DNA of 60,055 bases from Spongospora subterranea f. sp. subterranea (Eukaryota). Shown piece after piece: positions 9,640 to 23,460 of the stretch (within the stretch, counting starts at the first letter, position 1; each line of letters starts with the position of its first letter). The stretch is from the NCBI GenBank assembly GCA_049724395.1, contig JAUGWO010000053.1, positions 62,001 through 122,055 on the forward strand, written 5' to 3'. Below the pieces are notes generated by a model. The model was given only the letters and a program-made list of their open reading frames with translations. It ran no database searches and was not told the DNA's origin. A program made the position numbers and the translations under genes.

Positions 9640-11591
9640 CTACAGTGTCGACAGCTGTGATATGATCGTGTCGACCTGATCGTGGCAGGTCAGGCAGCGC
9701 GTCGACCGCCGTCGTCTGCGATCGGACCCGCAGGCGACGCACAGGCCAACGTGGCGGCACGTCGCCAGCGCCACCGACGCCCTAGCGCCATCGCACCGGA
9801 AACAGATCCCGTTCTTGGCGACGTGCTGGGCGACGTCGGTCACGGTCGTCATCGTCGTCACCACGGTCGTCGTCGTCGCCGTCGCCGTCGACCCGACGCC
9901 GATCGTGACCGACTCCGGTTCGATGTCGAGAACCGGTCGCGAACGGTGAAGGAGATCGGCGACCCCAGGGATGATCATCTCGTTCATGACCGATCGCCCC
10001 CGGTAGACCCATTGCAGCTCGCGCTGGATCCGCGCCCGCTGCTCGATCACCCCGTCGAAGTCGCGATTCGCGTCCAGGCGCTGTTGCGCCAGGTCCAGCA
10101 CCACGCCCACGTCCTCGATCAGGACGCGGTCGCGCTCGATCCGCCGCACCAGGTCCCTGATCCGGTCGCGGATCGCGATCCGCTCGGCGACAATCGCGTT
10201 CAGCGTCTCCAGGTCGGATTCGACGCGATTGACGTCGGTGACGTCGGCGACGGCGTTGGTCAACAGAGCGTGATTGGCGTGGCGTTGGGCGATCAGATCG
10301 GGCAGTTGATCGCGAACGATCGCGCGCAGCGCGTGCGTCTCGACGCCGACCAGGTACGTCTCGGACAGGCCCTGGCGATAGTGGTCGATCGCCAGTCGAA
10401 CGTGGTCGGGCGTCATCCGCCGATCGGGGTCGAGTTGCACGGCCACGACGCCGCCGAACGAGATCACGTCGCCCGACACGAAGCGGATCGGCTCCTCGTA
10501 GCCGAACGTGTGCAGGATGGGCGACACCCGCTTCCGCAGCCACACGTTCCGTCGGCGGCGCAGGCGGACCTGGATCCCATCGCGCGACAACGCGATACGA
10601 ACGCGGATCGACCCTGATCGGACCAGACCATCTCCACAATGAGTTCAACGGCCGACAATTGACAGCTGAATTTGAAAACGGAGAAATTCGTTGTGAAGCA
10701 CAAACACGAAAGGTTTCGAAATGGGGAACGGAAATACTTTGAAAACAGATTGTGAAATTGAAACAAAAAAACGAGAAATTTGTTTTGGTTTTTCGTGAAA
10801 ATACAAAACGTGAAGTGATCTGGACCTTGATCGTGATTCAATGCCGATAACATAATCCCGGTGACGCCCTTATCGATCATGATCTTGGCGGCGATCGCCC
10901 GATCAACGGCCTCGCGCAGGACCGGATCGCCGGCCATCTGTCGCCGGACACACCCGCTCCCGTATCCGGCCAGGACCAGGGCCTGGACCGCCCGGTAATG
11001 TCGCCGACCGGCGCCCAGGTAAACGGGGCAAAACCGCTGCGCGCAGCGCCGCCGTCGATCGGATTGCTGCGCCGCCAACAGCACCGCCAGCGTGGCGATG
11101 GCGTCGTTGGCGGACGCGACGCGGATCGCGATCGCCAGCGATCGCGTCCACCCGTTCAGGATGAGGGCGCGAATCACGGTGAAGTGATCGCGACTCGCCG
11201 CCAACATCATGGCGCTCCAGCCGCGGTTGTCGCGAACGTCGCCGTCGACGCCCGACTGCAGGAGCCACAGGACCAGATCGAGGTGACCGGCTTCGGCGGC
11301 GATGTGGATCAGGCGCCACCCGTGACGATTGCACGAATTCAGGTCGAAGCGGTCGGGGGATTGTGACACGATCCGCTTGAGGGAGTGGAGGTCGCCGCGC
11401 CCGGCCAGCAGGAGGGCGTTGGCGAACAGGTTCCGGTTGATCGTGGCGATCGAGCGGCGCTCGGGCGACGACGTCGCTGACGACGAGCGCGCCGATATCG
11501 AGCGGAAACTGTCGCCGATGATGAGCTGGTAGGAGGAGCGGCGCGGGTTGTGATCGGGACGGGACCGGGATGGGTCATCGCCACCGGTCAT
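9640..11591 (-). CDS. Ankyrin-repeat protein with C-terminal RING finger (probable E3 ligase), intron-containing
   Basis: Ankyrin repeats GWRLIHIAAEAGHLDLVLWLLQSGVD and GWSAMMLAASRDHFTVIRALILNG. AT-rich intron-like stretch ~10640-10815. The last exon has a coiled-coil-like region and CFRC...CRHVGLCVAC...CLTC (C3HC4-type RING). Joining both halves into one gene is inferred. Confidence 0.75.
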
Positions 11592-12170
11592 CGCTTTGGT
11601 CGTCGAATAAACAATAATATACTGTGTGTGAGAGAGGGCGGCGATTGACTCCTTTTGACGCGATTAGGGGTTCGATGGCGCCATGACTCATCGCCCGAGG
11701 ACCCATCTCGCTCTCTCTCTCTCTGTCGCTCTCGCTCCCGCTCCCTCTTCACACCACCCAGATCATCAACGACGACCGATGACGCCACCACAATTGCACA
11801 GAACGTCGCCACATTTGATCGCCGTATCGACATGTGTTGGGGAATGACCCGAAGAAGGAGTCGATGATCCCCGGTCTCGTCATTGTCGTGCGATACCCTT
11901 TATCATATCGATATCGATTATCCGGAACCAGATTCGATCAGTCGTCGCCACTCATCAATCGCATCTGGTTTCCCAATCCCCACCGCTGTCACACGTGTCG
12001 TCTGTCGTTGTTCGATTGACAGATCGTGATCAATCCCAAATGTTGTTTGATTGACCAGTGCGATTCCGACTCCCGATCGTGTGTGTTTCCGTCCCCCCGG
12101 TCACTATTCTAATCCCGTCCGTTATCCTATTTCTAATCACCACCACCGCCGCCAATTTAATCCCCAAAAC

Positions 12171-12618
12171 ATGGTCCGATCGTCGTGTTGCGTGTTCTGG
12201 TCGTTGGAGCTGAGCGTGGTCGTGTCGTCGTTCGTGGACCTGGCCGGGGGTATTCGCCAACGCGTTCCTGTTGACGGGGGTGTGGAGTGCCGACCAGCGC
12301 GACACCCTGCGCCAGAAGATCACGATAGACCCGTTGATGTACTCCCTGGTCGTCTCCACCATCGCCCTCTGTTTCTCGTCGGTCGCCGCCATCGTCGCGC
12401 TGCGCTCGCGAACGCAGCTGTTCACGTTCGTGGCGAAACAGGCCAAGTTTGTGGCGATCGTGACGACGTTCGTGTCGGGCGCGATGTGGCTCGTCCCCCG
12501 ATGGGATTTCCTTGGCGCCTGGGGGTATCTGATCGCCGTCCTGTTCGTTGCCACGTTCATCTCGATATTCCCCCTGATCCAGCTCCACAAAGCGGTCGCC
12601 AAACGCCTTCTACTCTGA
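12171..12618 (+). CDS. Small multi-pass membrane protein
   Basis: Three to four hydrophobic segments in ORF 12271-12618; the stop is followed by AATAAA. Start codon and first exon are uncertain. Confidence 0.6.
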
Positions 12619-12963
12619 TTCCAATAAACAAAAATAATATGGGCGACGTCATCTTCACAGCGTGTGTTGTTCCCTGAAAACAACAGCGGAATTCGACGGA
12701 ACAGAGGTCGCGATGTCCTGTTCGGATTGGTTAAGGGCAAATGGCGATAAAGGATGTGATTAACGAATGTGTTTTCAACAACGGTAATGACGATAACGGG
12801 CACTGATTCAACAACCGATTGACGTCAAGAACAACCCCACCACGGCAACGATTCCGATGTGTCCTGTCGACGTCGTTCACAGGAGAGGACGACGAGGGAG
12901 GGCGTTGGTCCTGGATTTGGCGTCGGAGATCGAGGACCGATATAGATTGTATCTTTATTGCTC

Positions 12964-14085
12964 TCACTGAGTTCTGTTTGTTGACGACGTGGCGCCCTCG
13001 TCATCGTCCGAGATCGTCGCCGCGCTCGAGCTCTCGTCGTCGCCGTTCAACAGGCGCCGCGACGACCGCTCCCGTTGCCGCCACGACGACGACGCCATAT
13101 TCCTCTCGACGGCGGCTACCTCCTCCCCGCCGCCGACGTTCGAGCAGCACGGCATCCACGATAACGGCCACGACGACGTGATCGGGCGATGACGCGACTC
13201 CTGTTCCGCCTCCACCTCGGTCGCCGTCGTCGGGACCGAACTCGCTCCGCCCAGATTGAGCTCGTCGATCTCGGCGTAGCGGTGGAGGCGGGTCGGTTTG
13301 ACGTTGTCGATGCGGTTGAGGAGTTGTGTGGACGTTTTCGACGACGGGTGGCGATGGACCGTCGCCAACATCGACGACAGCGTTGGATGAACGGGCGACG
13401 ATGTCTCCGCCGACGACGACAGACCGGGCGACATCGGCGCGTGATGATTATCGGCCGGAACAACGCTGCGATCCTCGGGGATCGTCTCCAGACTCCAGGG
13501 CGATTCGCCAACGGATTTCGGCGGCGGTCGCGGGAAACTCACGCGGATGTTGTCGACGTCGACGGATTCGCCCCGCGACGACGACGGTTTCTTCTTGCCG
13601 ATCGTGGGGAGTTTGGGGCGGGACAGGATCTGGTAGGCGGCGGCGTCCTCCCCGTTATCGGGGGATGAAAGAGAAGGGCGCATCTCCATTCCTGGAGGGA
13701 TTAAGGGCGGCCGCGGCGGCGGTGGCGGTGGCGCTCTCTCTCTCTCCCAATCTCGGGATGATTTGTGTTGTCGTGTCGTCCCCCCCCCGGGTTCGATCAC
13801 CTGTACCCTCTGGTCCAGGTCGAATATCATGATCGGGTGATCACGAGGACGGGCGACGATATTTGGGCCCGACGTCGATGGTTGAACATGTCCTCTCTCG
13901 GGCAACACATCGTCCTTTGTTATGATCGCGATTCCGTCCATGAATAAATTGTGACGGTGTCGACGACCGTCCAATGTCTCCATTACTTCAAGGTCTTCCT
14001 TCGTGACCAATCGTAGTTTGTCTGTTGTTCGTGGTCGTTTATCATCGTCAGACGCGAGTTCCGTTGCGGAGATCGCGATGTTCAT
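12964..14085 (-). CDS. Hypothetical Pro/Ser-rich, probably disordered protein
   Basis: 373-codon ATG-initiated ORF in the GC-rich island with a poly-Pro tract and no recognisable domain; may splice to a further exon. Confidence 0.55.
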   Translation of the reverse strand: MNIAISATELASDDDKRPRTTDKLRLVTKEDLEVMETLDGRRHRHNLFMDGIAIITKDDVLPERGHVQPSTSGPNIVARPRDHPIMIFDLDQRVQVIEPGGGTTRQHKSSRDWERERAPPPPPPRPPLIPPGMEMRPSLSSPDNGEDAAAYQILSRPKLPTIGKKKPSSSRGESVDVDNIRVSFPRPPPKSVGESPWSLETIPEDRSVVPADNHHAPMSPGLSSSAETSSPVHPTLSSMLATVHRHPSSKTSTQLLNRIDNVKPTRLHRYAEIDELNLGGASSVPTTATEVEAEQESRHRPITSSWPLSWMPCCSNVGGGEEVAAVERNMASSSWRQRERSSRRLLNGDDESSSAATISDDDEGATSSTNRTQ

Positions 14086-15240
14086 TCGGGTTTCCGCTAA
14101 TAGTTTCTGCCACTCCCACGAACGTCATTCCTGGAATGTTAATCTGCCGCGAACAGGCGAACACTGTTTTGACACAATCCTAGTTCAGGACCAGGGTATA
14201 TCCGAGGAGGAGGACGGTTATCGCCTTGAGGTCAATCAACAGCAACGCCCTTGACATATCGTGTCATCCAACGCCATGTCGTGGACCACGTCAACGGCGC
14301 TGGGAATGCGGTTGGCGACTCAGCTGCTGTTTCCGTTGCTGTTTGACCCGTTGGACATTTCGACGGGAATTCCAGGAGACCGGTCGGGAACTCGCTTCAT
14401 CGACGGAATCGTCCAGCGTTGGGCGAGAGATGTGCCGAAATTGGGGCTCTGGACGCGATATCTGGCGTGGAGAACAACAATGGTCGACCTCCCATCGACA
14501 CACGCCGCCCCATATCGAATCGCATCTCGTGGGCGCCTGTGCTCGTTCCCCTCAATCCTGGTTGACCATTCCTGGAGTTCGAGTTGAACAGCGTTCGTTA
14601 GTTTCGGTATATGGAGAGCACTCTCAGCAAGTTAACAGGTGGTGCTCAGTTCACTGGTGGAAACTGCTGGTTTGGGCCGGGACTAAATCATCGTTAAGGC
14701 GGGAGATGTTCGTTCGTTGGGATTGGGTCAGATGGGCTGTGTTGTCCCCGAAAAAGGGGAATCTCGGTCCGTTTCACGAATGGCGCCCCGTTCCCATCAC
14801 CCGTTTCGAACGCGGTTGTGCAACAGGACTGAGGCCCGGGAGTGTCTCGACAACAATATAGGGCGATACGAAGGTTAAGAACCCAAAGGAACTCCCGATA
14901 GTTTCATGGGCGACGGAGCTGAACCACCAATGAACGTTGATCGATTATCTGATTGTCCATCGGTTGATGTCGTCACCTCATTTCCCAATATGATCTTTTT
15001 TTCGATTCCATTGTGTGGAGCTGTGCAATGACGTCCAGATGGCGTCCGGAACTAACGGAGACGCGTCTGGCCGTAAAACCCCACGATCGCGATCTCTACC
15101 GGAACGCGGAAATGGCGACGGCAACGGAAAGTTGGAGGTCAATCAGCGTTGTGTTGGGTTTCCACATGGCGTTCGGCGAACTACCCACATTGATCGCCCC
15201 GGTTACCTGGTGAAAATACCAACGGTTTGACCTGTCGACG

Positions 15241-16321
15241 TTAGATAGAGGTAGAAGATCGGGGTTCAACATCGATTATGATATTTGAACACCAGCGCCT
15301 TTCTGTGATACAATCCATAATCGCCCCCTTCAGAGAAACTTTGTTTGATCGCGGTCGAAAGTCAGCCGAACTTGCCAACACAGCGAGTCTGGAAGGCGTT
15401 CTTGTGACTGTCGTTAAGTCATCTTGAATCTTAACGACACGGGCGCAATGGCGCCGGGCATCTGTTTCGATCAGGTTTCTGCTCAAATTGTCGATCACAA
15501 CGTGTTCCACCAACGCAAAACGCTAATCACATTGATTGTGGTAGAGGGTGTTAGCGATATCGAACACGAACTGGATCACGAATATCATCCGTTTTCAGAT
15601 GGGAAACTGACACCGCACCTGATCCGATGGAGGATCCGGTCAGAACTGGGGAGATTTGGAGATACAGAACCGCTCTGATGATCCCCAGAGCTACACCAAG
15701 TCTGATAACGTTCGGCAATATGTCGGGACATGTCCGGTCAATCGAGACGATCTCCCCATGTTGTAATATCGGTCTCCTCGGTTGGGCGTCGCCGTGTCGC
15801 ACCTGGCTCAATCGCTCTGGAAGTCAACGTCGTGACCTGATCTGGTCGTCGTGATCGAGATTCGTGTTCCGCCAAAGTGATCAACTGTTGTTCGCGTTGA
15901 TCCGCTCGAACATGCGATTGCTCGCCAACCACTGCAGGAAATCGGTTGGACCACGAGAGAATTGGCTGACTATTGGTACTGGATCTCGGATTCGGGAATC
16001 GAATCCGACGATCGAAACCCTGAGCTGAAAATCGCGCTCGATCGTCCGCCGATGACGATTTGTGAATCCGGAATGGGTTGTAGTTGTGACGACTCTTCGG
16101 CCATGCGAATAACGCGACCTTGGCCAGTGTCAACACCGGCGATTCCAGTCGATCGATGACGATCGTCGCGCCACACTCGAGAGAGATTCCATCAGGAACA
16201 TTCCCCGACGTCGCAACCAGCCGATGGAACATCGGAAGCGTCGGGGGCGGCAGAAAAGACCTGGTGGCAATGGCCCATCAGCTCGGTGCAACCTCCGGGG
16301 GGGTTTATCATGGAATTTCAA
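15241..16321 (-). CDS. Possible multi-exon hypothetical gene
   Basis: Consecutive minus-strand ORF pieces of coding-like composition; no domain recognised. Confidence 0.25.
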
Positions 16322-17169
16322 CTGAGATTATCACGTGATTTACTGGCTGTCGCCGCTTTTGTCATCGCCATTCCTTCGATCGGTCATCCGATGACGAACA
16401 CATTCTGCTGTTGTCGACAGTTTGTATTGATTGATCGGCACGATAACACTTTGCGATTCTCATCGCCATTGACACAGGCAACGTTGAGCGAGATTGACGC
16501 CTACAACCAGGTCGAGAACTCAATCCGTCAAATGGCGTCGGAATCGGCCCGAAGTCTAACGGCGATTCTGAGCCCTTGTTCACTTGATGTGTCTGATGCG
16601 AAACTGGGCGATACTTTGTCAAAGCGTTGCGGCAACTAGTGCACGATGTGGAGTTTTGTCATCCCCCCGAACGAACATGGCGGAGCGGTCAAGGATTCAG
16701 TGTTGCTTCATCAGTGGTCTGCTGGCACTTCCCATGATCACTTCACAAACTGAGCCATCGTATCCTCGAAATATCGTCTGGCTTTCCTGCTTTGCCAGCT
16801 CCATTGGGATCTAAGTGGTGTCGGTCTGGTAATCGTGTATAGATTGTGAATGAAAATGGGCCAAACAATAAATAGTTCAAGTCAGGAGCATTTGATCAAT
16901 GCCGGTTTGGTTTGCAATGGAGGTGCAGATTATTGCATAGGTTATCTGGTTCGATTCTTTCGGTTCGACGAGCGACGTAGATAGAACAAATTGAGCATTC
17001 AGGACCTAATTTGGGATTGAACGCCAACAACTGTTATGATTCAATAGGTCAACGCCTTTGTTTGTTTTGAAAACCTTTCAAAACATCAGTTTCCATCCAT
17101 TAATCGTGGTCGAGATTTCTGAAACATTTTGCACATTGAAAGTTTGCCGAACCATTGACCTAGCTTACG

Positions 17170-17236
17170 AATGGATCAAACAACTCATGAACGGATCAAA
17201 CAAAACTCATGAACGGATCAAACAACTCATGAACGA
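17170..17236 (+). repeat. ~21-bp tandem repeat, three copies
   Basis: GGATCAAACAACTCATGAAC repeated three times. Confidence 0.9.
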
Positions 17237-18599
17237 CCAACCTAGAGAAGGAAGGGAGTCTGACGAATATTCTGGTGGAGCCAAACCCAAACGTATTTAC
17301 TGCTCTGATCCGATTCCTTCATCAGCTGATCAATAGTGGCGATGACCTATATGTCCCCAAAAACCGGTTGTCATGGGCGGTGAATTGCCTCAACCCGAAC
17401 ATCTTATCGTATGTCATCAGCTCAACGATAAAATGGAGCTGGCGATGCCCCCGCTCGACTAGACATGAGAATGGAACTTCGCCATCTTCTTCGATATTTT
17501 GTCAACGAATCATCAACGTCCCGACTCAAGGCATTGCCACAACCGGAAAGCGAGTAATGACGACCCGATCGTGAATCAAACTCAAACGTGACCAAAGTTC
17601 GCCAAAACAACGCCATCAACGGAGACATGTGTCTATTGCAGAAATGTATTTCTCTTTGAGTCAAAATGTGCCAAATCCATATTGGTTGACATTATTCCCT
17701 GCACATCTTCTACGTTTGGTCTGTGAAAAAAAGTACTCAAGTTCACATTTCATCGCCATCCGACTCTCATTGGTGACTGTTTTTGTATTCTGTTCCGTCG
17801 GTATTCACGAGCAAGGGCCAACGATTGGGCCCAGGACGTGGATCCTTACCTCGACAACATACTAACGGGCCTCTGTCCATCGATGATGGCGTCAAGATCA
17901 CCTGCCTTGCCTGTTCCACAATCAAGTGATCAGCGCGAGTTCACAATCGAAACTCGCGCTCTTGGTGATCCCAGCCAAAATGTCTTGTTCAACGAACTCG
18001 AAAGAAGATTGGAAACGATTATTCAAACGCCTTTCCAAACGGTTTTGAAGATCGATTATCGGGAAGTGCCGTACTTGACAAACCACACAGACCATAAAAT
18101 ACTCACATCTTAAGGAACGGCAGCAAATTTATGTGGAGTTGTCGTCAACGAAAAACAGAACAGGTGTTTTCGATGAGACAAACCTTTCTGAGATGCTATT
18201 ACTTCTGCTTCTGTATCCGCTTGCAACGACTTTGACACCAGGGGACATGTGCGTTCTTCGCTATAAACCCATTGGCCGACCATCGTCTGGTGTAGGTCTG
18301 CATACTGTTTTGAGTCTGACCATGTGGATTGGAACCGTCGACAGATATGCCAAAGTCGTTGAAAGCAATCAAAGAGCTACAGGTAATGACAGATGCAACA
18401 AGTGGCTGAAGTCTGTGTCGCATCGAATATGTCGAGCACTGATGTCCCGGATGAAAATGTCACGATTGTCAAGAAATCGTGATTTGGAACGTTGATTAGA
18501 TGGGTAGTCGGGAAAACCGTCGGCGAATTGAGTGGGTCGGGTTCAGGAAAAACTCAGATTGACCCCAGAACCTGAAGAGAATATGTCCAGGAACCTGTT

Positions 18600-19980
18600 G
18601 TCGTTCGGGGTAGATGGAGAACCTTTCAGCACCAAGTGATGATGGACGAGAAATATACGGTGCATTCGTCCAGCGATGCAAGATGGTTCTCAAACTCGGT
18701 TTGATCGTCAACCCATGGATCTTGCCCGCATTTTGCGAATGCTTTTGCAATCCACCTACGGCGCTTGTTTTCGGCATTGGTAATATCATAGGCGCTTTCG
18801 ATCATGTCAACACGACACTCTCAAGGAGCCGCTGAAATTGAATAAACAAGATCCCTGGGCTGTTTGAGGCCTCATATCGGTGTAGTGGTTATACGCCTTG
18901 GCGACCAACGCTTTCAAAGGTTTGTTCATCGCAATATGTCGCGAACCTGTGCACGTGATAAATGTTTTGTCTGCGAACTGTATACAGACGTCTGCAATTC
19001 GACGCACCTGATGAACCGAGGTCATACACCCTCTAGAAGATATTCAATGAAGAATTTGCCCAGCGAATTCGAAGCACAATTATCTTGAATCCAATCAGCG
19101 ATGAGCTTCCCATAGTGAGTTTTGATGCGATCGATTATGAGCAACATGAGTCGGGATGGCATCGTCTTCTTCAGGTAGATGACGAATAGGTAATGAGTCA
19201 TCTAATGCGTTGAATTGAAGAGATCTGTTTCATCAAGTCAGCTCCAAATTCGCCTGTGATGACCCGGTGGCAACAGGGACGACGACACTACGTCAGCTGA
19301 GATCTCGAGCGTGACCCCTTTCTTGGCATTCTCAAATGGTGCCAGCGTGCCCGATATTTTTCCCTGAAATCGCGAGAACGACTGCAGCCCAGATCCGGAA
19401 AGCGGCAATTGATCAGAGAGTCGATGATGTCATTAACATCGACGCAACGTTCATTTTGCTCTACTGCAACGACAAAGTCCTTGTGCCGATGGGGACAAGA
19501 CCTGTGACCCCTTTCTTGGCATTTTCAAATGGTGCCAGCGGGCCCACAGGGTCTTATCCCCCGTCGGGACATTGCAGTAGAACAAAAGAACGTTGCGTCT
19601 ATGCTAATGACAACATCGACTTTCTGATCAATTGCCGTTTTCCGGATCTGGGCTGCAGTCGTTCTCGCGATTTCAGGGAAATTATCAGGAACCTTTTGCG
19701 ATATTGTACCAGCACGTTCTGAAAATTGCAAACGTTCGATCAGTCTCCGAAGGCGATCCTCCTTCTGCAACAGCACTTGGAGTGCATCGTCTTTGTTCTT
19801 CAACTTGAATTTCAGACGCATTGAAACAATAACTTTCTCGAAAGTGGCAGGAGCACCTCTGTCATATCTACAGGTAATGATCTCCTCGGCCAATGCAGCT
19901 TGCTCTGGATACTTGATTGGAGCACCCAGGCTTTTTTGTACCACTCTAGCATTTCTGGATCCGGCAAGTACTGGCGCCAA
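18600..19980 (-). mobile_element. Degenerate pogo/DDE_1-type transposase
   Basis: RAGTISQKVP...ISIDATF (first Asp region) in ORF 19525-19980 and HIAMNKPLK (Q.LD..NKP.K-like) near 18930; many disruptions. Confidence 0.6.
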
Positions 19981-20799
19981 CGTACGTAGGTAAATCGCTC
20001 TCTGCTTTTTGGCAAGAGCCGGAGTGATCAGCGTTGATTTGACATCGGTGTTAAATATGAGCTGTGTGTGCTTAGATCGAATGTGAATCGCGTCGCCTTG
20101 GAATCAAATTTCGAAAGAGCCTTCTCGACTACCTGTTTTCTTGCCGTTGTCGTATTTAAACATTCAAAGCTTTTCTGCGGGTACGATGCGCAAAATATCC
20201 TGTTTCGTTGAAATCCGAGCGATTTCGATCCACTCGCAGATCAATTCTTTTACGAAGCCAGCTTTTCATTGTTTCAACACGAACGGAAGTGCCGAAGACA
20301 GATCCAAATAAATTGAAATCACAGCCGCCAAGATCTTCGTGCAAATGGAATGCGATGCACGCTTCAATTCGACCCGCTAATCGGTCTGAACCTTGGAGCA
20401 CATGCCAGTTTTTCTTCAGCGCCTCAATCTCGTCAAGCATCGACTGCAGCAAATTCTCTACAAAGATTTCTTCTTTGCAGTGTCCTCGCGGCAAACTTTG
20501 TCAATTGATTTGCAGCCGCGTCTTTGTTAATCCCAACAATGTCTGACCAGAGCATCGCGGTCTGAAGTTTTTGTTTTTGGAGAGGAGAGGGGTTGATGGT
20601 TGGTGACCTTAGGAAGGCTTAAGTTCCGCTATTGATGTGTTCAATTAGGGAAACAGACTGGGAAAAAAAGAGCTGCGTTTCTGCCCTAGTGAATGGGTCG
20701 TCAGTAGTTTAGTTGGTAAGAGTTGGCAAAGCTTATGCTTCCCTCAATAACTCAAAACCTTCAGACAACGATGCTCTGGTCAGACATAGTTGGGACTAA

Positions 20800-23460
20800 C
20801 AAAGACGCTGCTGCATGACTGACATTTTACGCAATCAAGTTGAGAGAAAATCAAAAATATTGAGATTGATAGGTCAAATTCAATCGCAACTTGAGATGCT
20901 CGGGAGATTCGATTTATGTGAAGGCCATATTCTAGAGGTTGACCTTCAGCAAATGACCAGACGTTTTTATTCAAACGTCGCTAATTTTGGACTCTGCGGT
21001 TTCATCCAGAATCTCCTCTGCATGAACAGACCTTGAACTTCGTCAGCGAAGCAGAATTTGAATCATGGAAGGATTCAAATGCTCACTATGTCGTTCAGTA
21101 ACCGGTTTCATGGCGATACGGAAAAAACATACAAAATGTTCATCTGCAGGAGATCCTGCGAGACCGCTGGTAGTCTCAAACAGTACGTTTGGGGGATGCT
21201 GAAAACGAGAATTGTCGGCCGTTCCGAAGCAAAGCGTCTTGCAAACTAGACGAAGCATGCTCATCTCGTATTTTTGCTACTATCACAGAGGCCACCGGTG
21301 TATCCGTCAGATTTATTTTCACCATACAGGACACAATCCTGATGATGCTCAAGAACTGCAATTCTAACATCTTTCGGCTTTTATAGGGCGGAAAATCACG
21401 ATGCAGCTGCTGAACAAGGTTGACGAGATATCAATCGCTCGCTCCATCAATCAATCGTTACGAAACAGGAACGACCGTCACGAACGTGTCGAGGCAAGCT
21501 GGACCGATTTCTATTGCTTTGTCAGCATTTTTGATTTCGAGCTACTAGTCTGACCGGGATATGGTTGGGATACCATCAAAAAGACGTCCGAAGCCTAAAA
21601 GCTCGGCCTTGAAGGCCGAGGAAACGATGCTGTTCGTACTGATGTAAACATCATCGCGTTGCAGGAAGAGAACTATAACCCAGTCCTGGTATTTAAGCGT
21701 AGACACAACGTTCAATTTTTACTGCCATTGATTTAAATTTGACCGCCGATCAGCTGCTGGAATCGCAGACGAGACAGAATTTATATTCCTTGGCGAAGAG
21801 TTCTTTTTTGTTATTCAATCCAAATTGATGAGCGAAATGTTCATTAGGATCGTGGATTTGGGAGATATTTCGTATCTGCTATTTGATTGCATTTTATTGT
21901 TTTTAATACATTTCTACACAGCTGAATTTTTTCTTGTGCATTGCCGATCAGTAGATCAGGTTCAACAAACATTTTTTTAATCTCGCCGTATTAAGCTACT
22001 TTATCTGGTAGATATGGAAACCGTGTCATGGTGATCAACTCAACCCACAACACGAACCAATATAGTTGTAAGCTTATCACGATCTCTGTTGTCGATCCTC
22101 GAAATACAGAGGCTACCCTACCGTGTTCTGTATCAGCTCGCGCGAGAATGCTAAAAAGCTTTGGCGGCTCTGTGGAAAACTTTGAAAGTATGATGATAAG
22201 CCAAATCATTGAACCACACGACATTGACTGAAAAATATGCAGATCAAGTATCCAGTGTTTAGGCCAAAAATACTGTTGCAAGACGACGACGTCGTGCCTT
22301 GAAATGATGCTAGGACAATATTCCCGTCGCTAGAACACCGATATCTTTGTGTCTGGCACGTGGATAAAAGTTGGAAAGAAAATGTACGGTTCGATTCAGA
22401 CATCAAAACATACTTTGAAACTTGTCGGATGCGAAAAAAGGCAGTAAGGGCGCAAATCGAAGTTCTATATGTCAGCAGCTGAAGAAAATAAGGACCGAGC
22501 GCAGAGTGGACGTTGTATAAAACGAAATCACAAATTTCATTGAAAACTGGAAAGACAAAGAGCCACAACTTGTTGATTATTTCACAGGAAACTATGCGCA
22601 TCGTAAAGAGCAATGGGCTGTTTGATACCTTGATTCTTCCATTCCCGATACAACCGCTCATACTGAAGCGTTCCACAATTTGCTGAAAAGAGTGTGCTCA
22701 AACAAGAGAAATCGATATACGAGAACGCTACTTAAAAAGTTAATGCAGATTGAAGACTTCCTTAAAAAATTCCAAGGGTAACAATCTGACAAAAAACCTT
22801 GCCTGGGGCTAACCTGTATATCTACAAAAATGAGCTAAATTTGCTCCCGCGATCAGGATGCAGTGCAGCATTGAAAAAGCGAGTCAAGAATGCGCTGGCA
22901 ATGACGCCAGAGCAAGTCGCAAAGTCCCTTTTGCCACAGAGCCGGATTCCGATATCGTAAGCGATGAAACAGAAAATTTCCTCGTCAAACGTGTCGAAGT
23001 TATCGACGTCGTTTGTCCCGCAATGCAGATAAGCCTTTTGAAAGCGAAGAGCTAGACACAGAAAGCGTGATGAGCCATGCAAAACCTACGACGTTATCAG
23101 TATCTGTCAGCATACCTATAGTTGCGAGTGTGCTGACTACAGTAAAGGGAACGATTGCAAGCATTTATTGCTAGCTAAGACAACAAACGTTGTACTATAT
23201 GATCATTAATATGCTGATTCAGTGGCGAACCTGATGGGATTGTGGAATTCCGAAACCGTGAGTATAGGCGTTCGAACAGCGGGAACAGCAGAACCTGTAT
23301 TGACTCGAGGACGTCACATGGGCCAAACCACTGAATGTGAGAACCAGTCAGGAGCCAAATTGAAGAAAATGGCTCAAAAATATGAGGCGGTGAAAATGCC
23401 GATTTGGCTGGGTTACTACCAGAGACAGATAATTTACAAAAAGAAAAAGCAAGCGAAGTG
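20800..23460 (+). mobile_element. Degenerate Mutator-like (MULE) transposase with SWIM finger
   Basis: CSSRIF...HTGH (N-terminal zinc motif), INSTHNTNQY, LCVWHVDKSWK (~22346), TEAFHNLLK (~22662) and YSCECADYSKGNDCKH (SWIM, ~23118); frameshifted. Confidence 0.8.

Noticed and set aside
9682..10617. 311-aa plus-strand ORF and 288-aa alternative-frame ORF
   Set aside because: Shadow frames of the GC-rich RING gene; Arg/Pro-biased with no motifs.
11705..11750. (CT)n tract and the overlapping RERE ORF
   Set aside because: Ordinary intergenic microsatellite.
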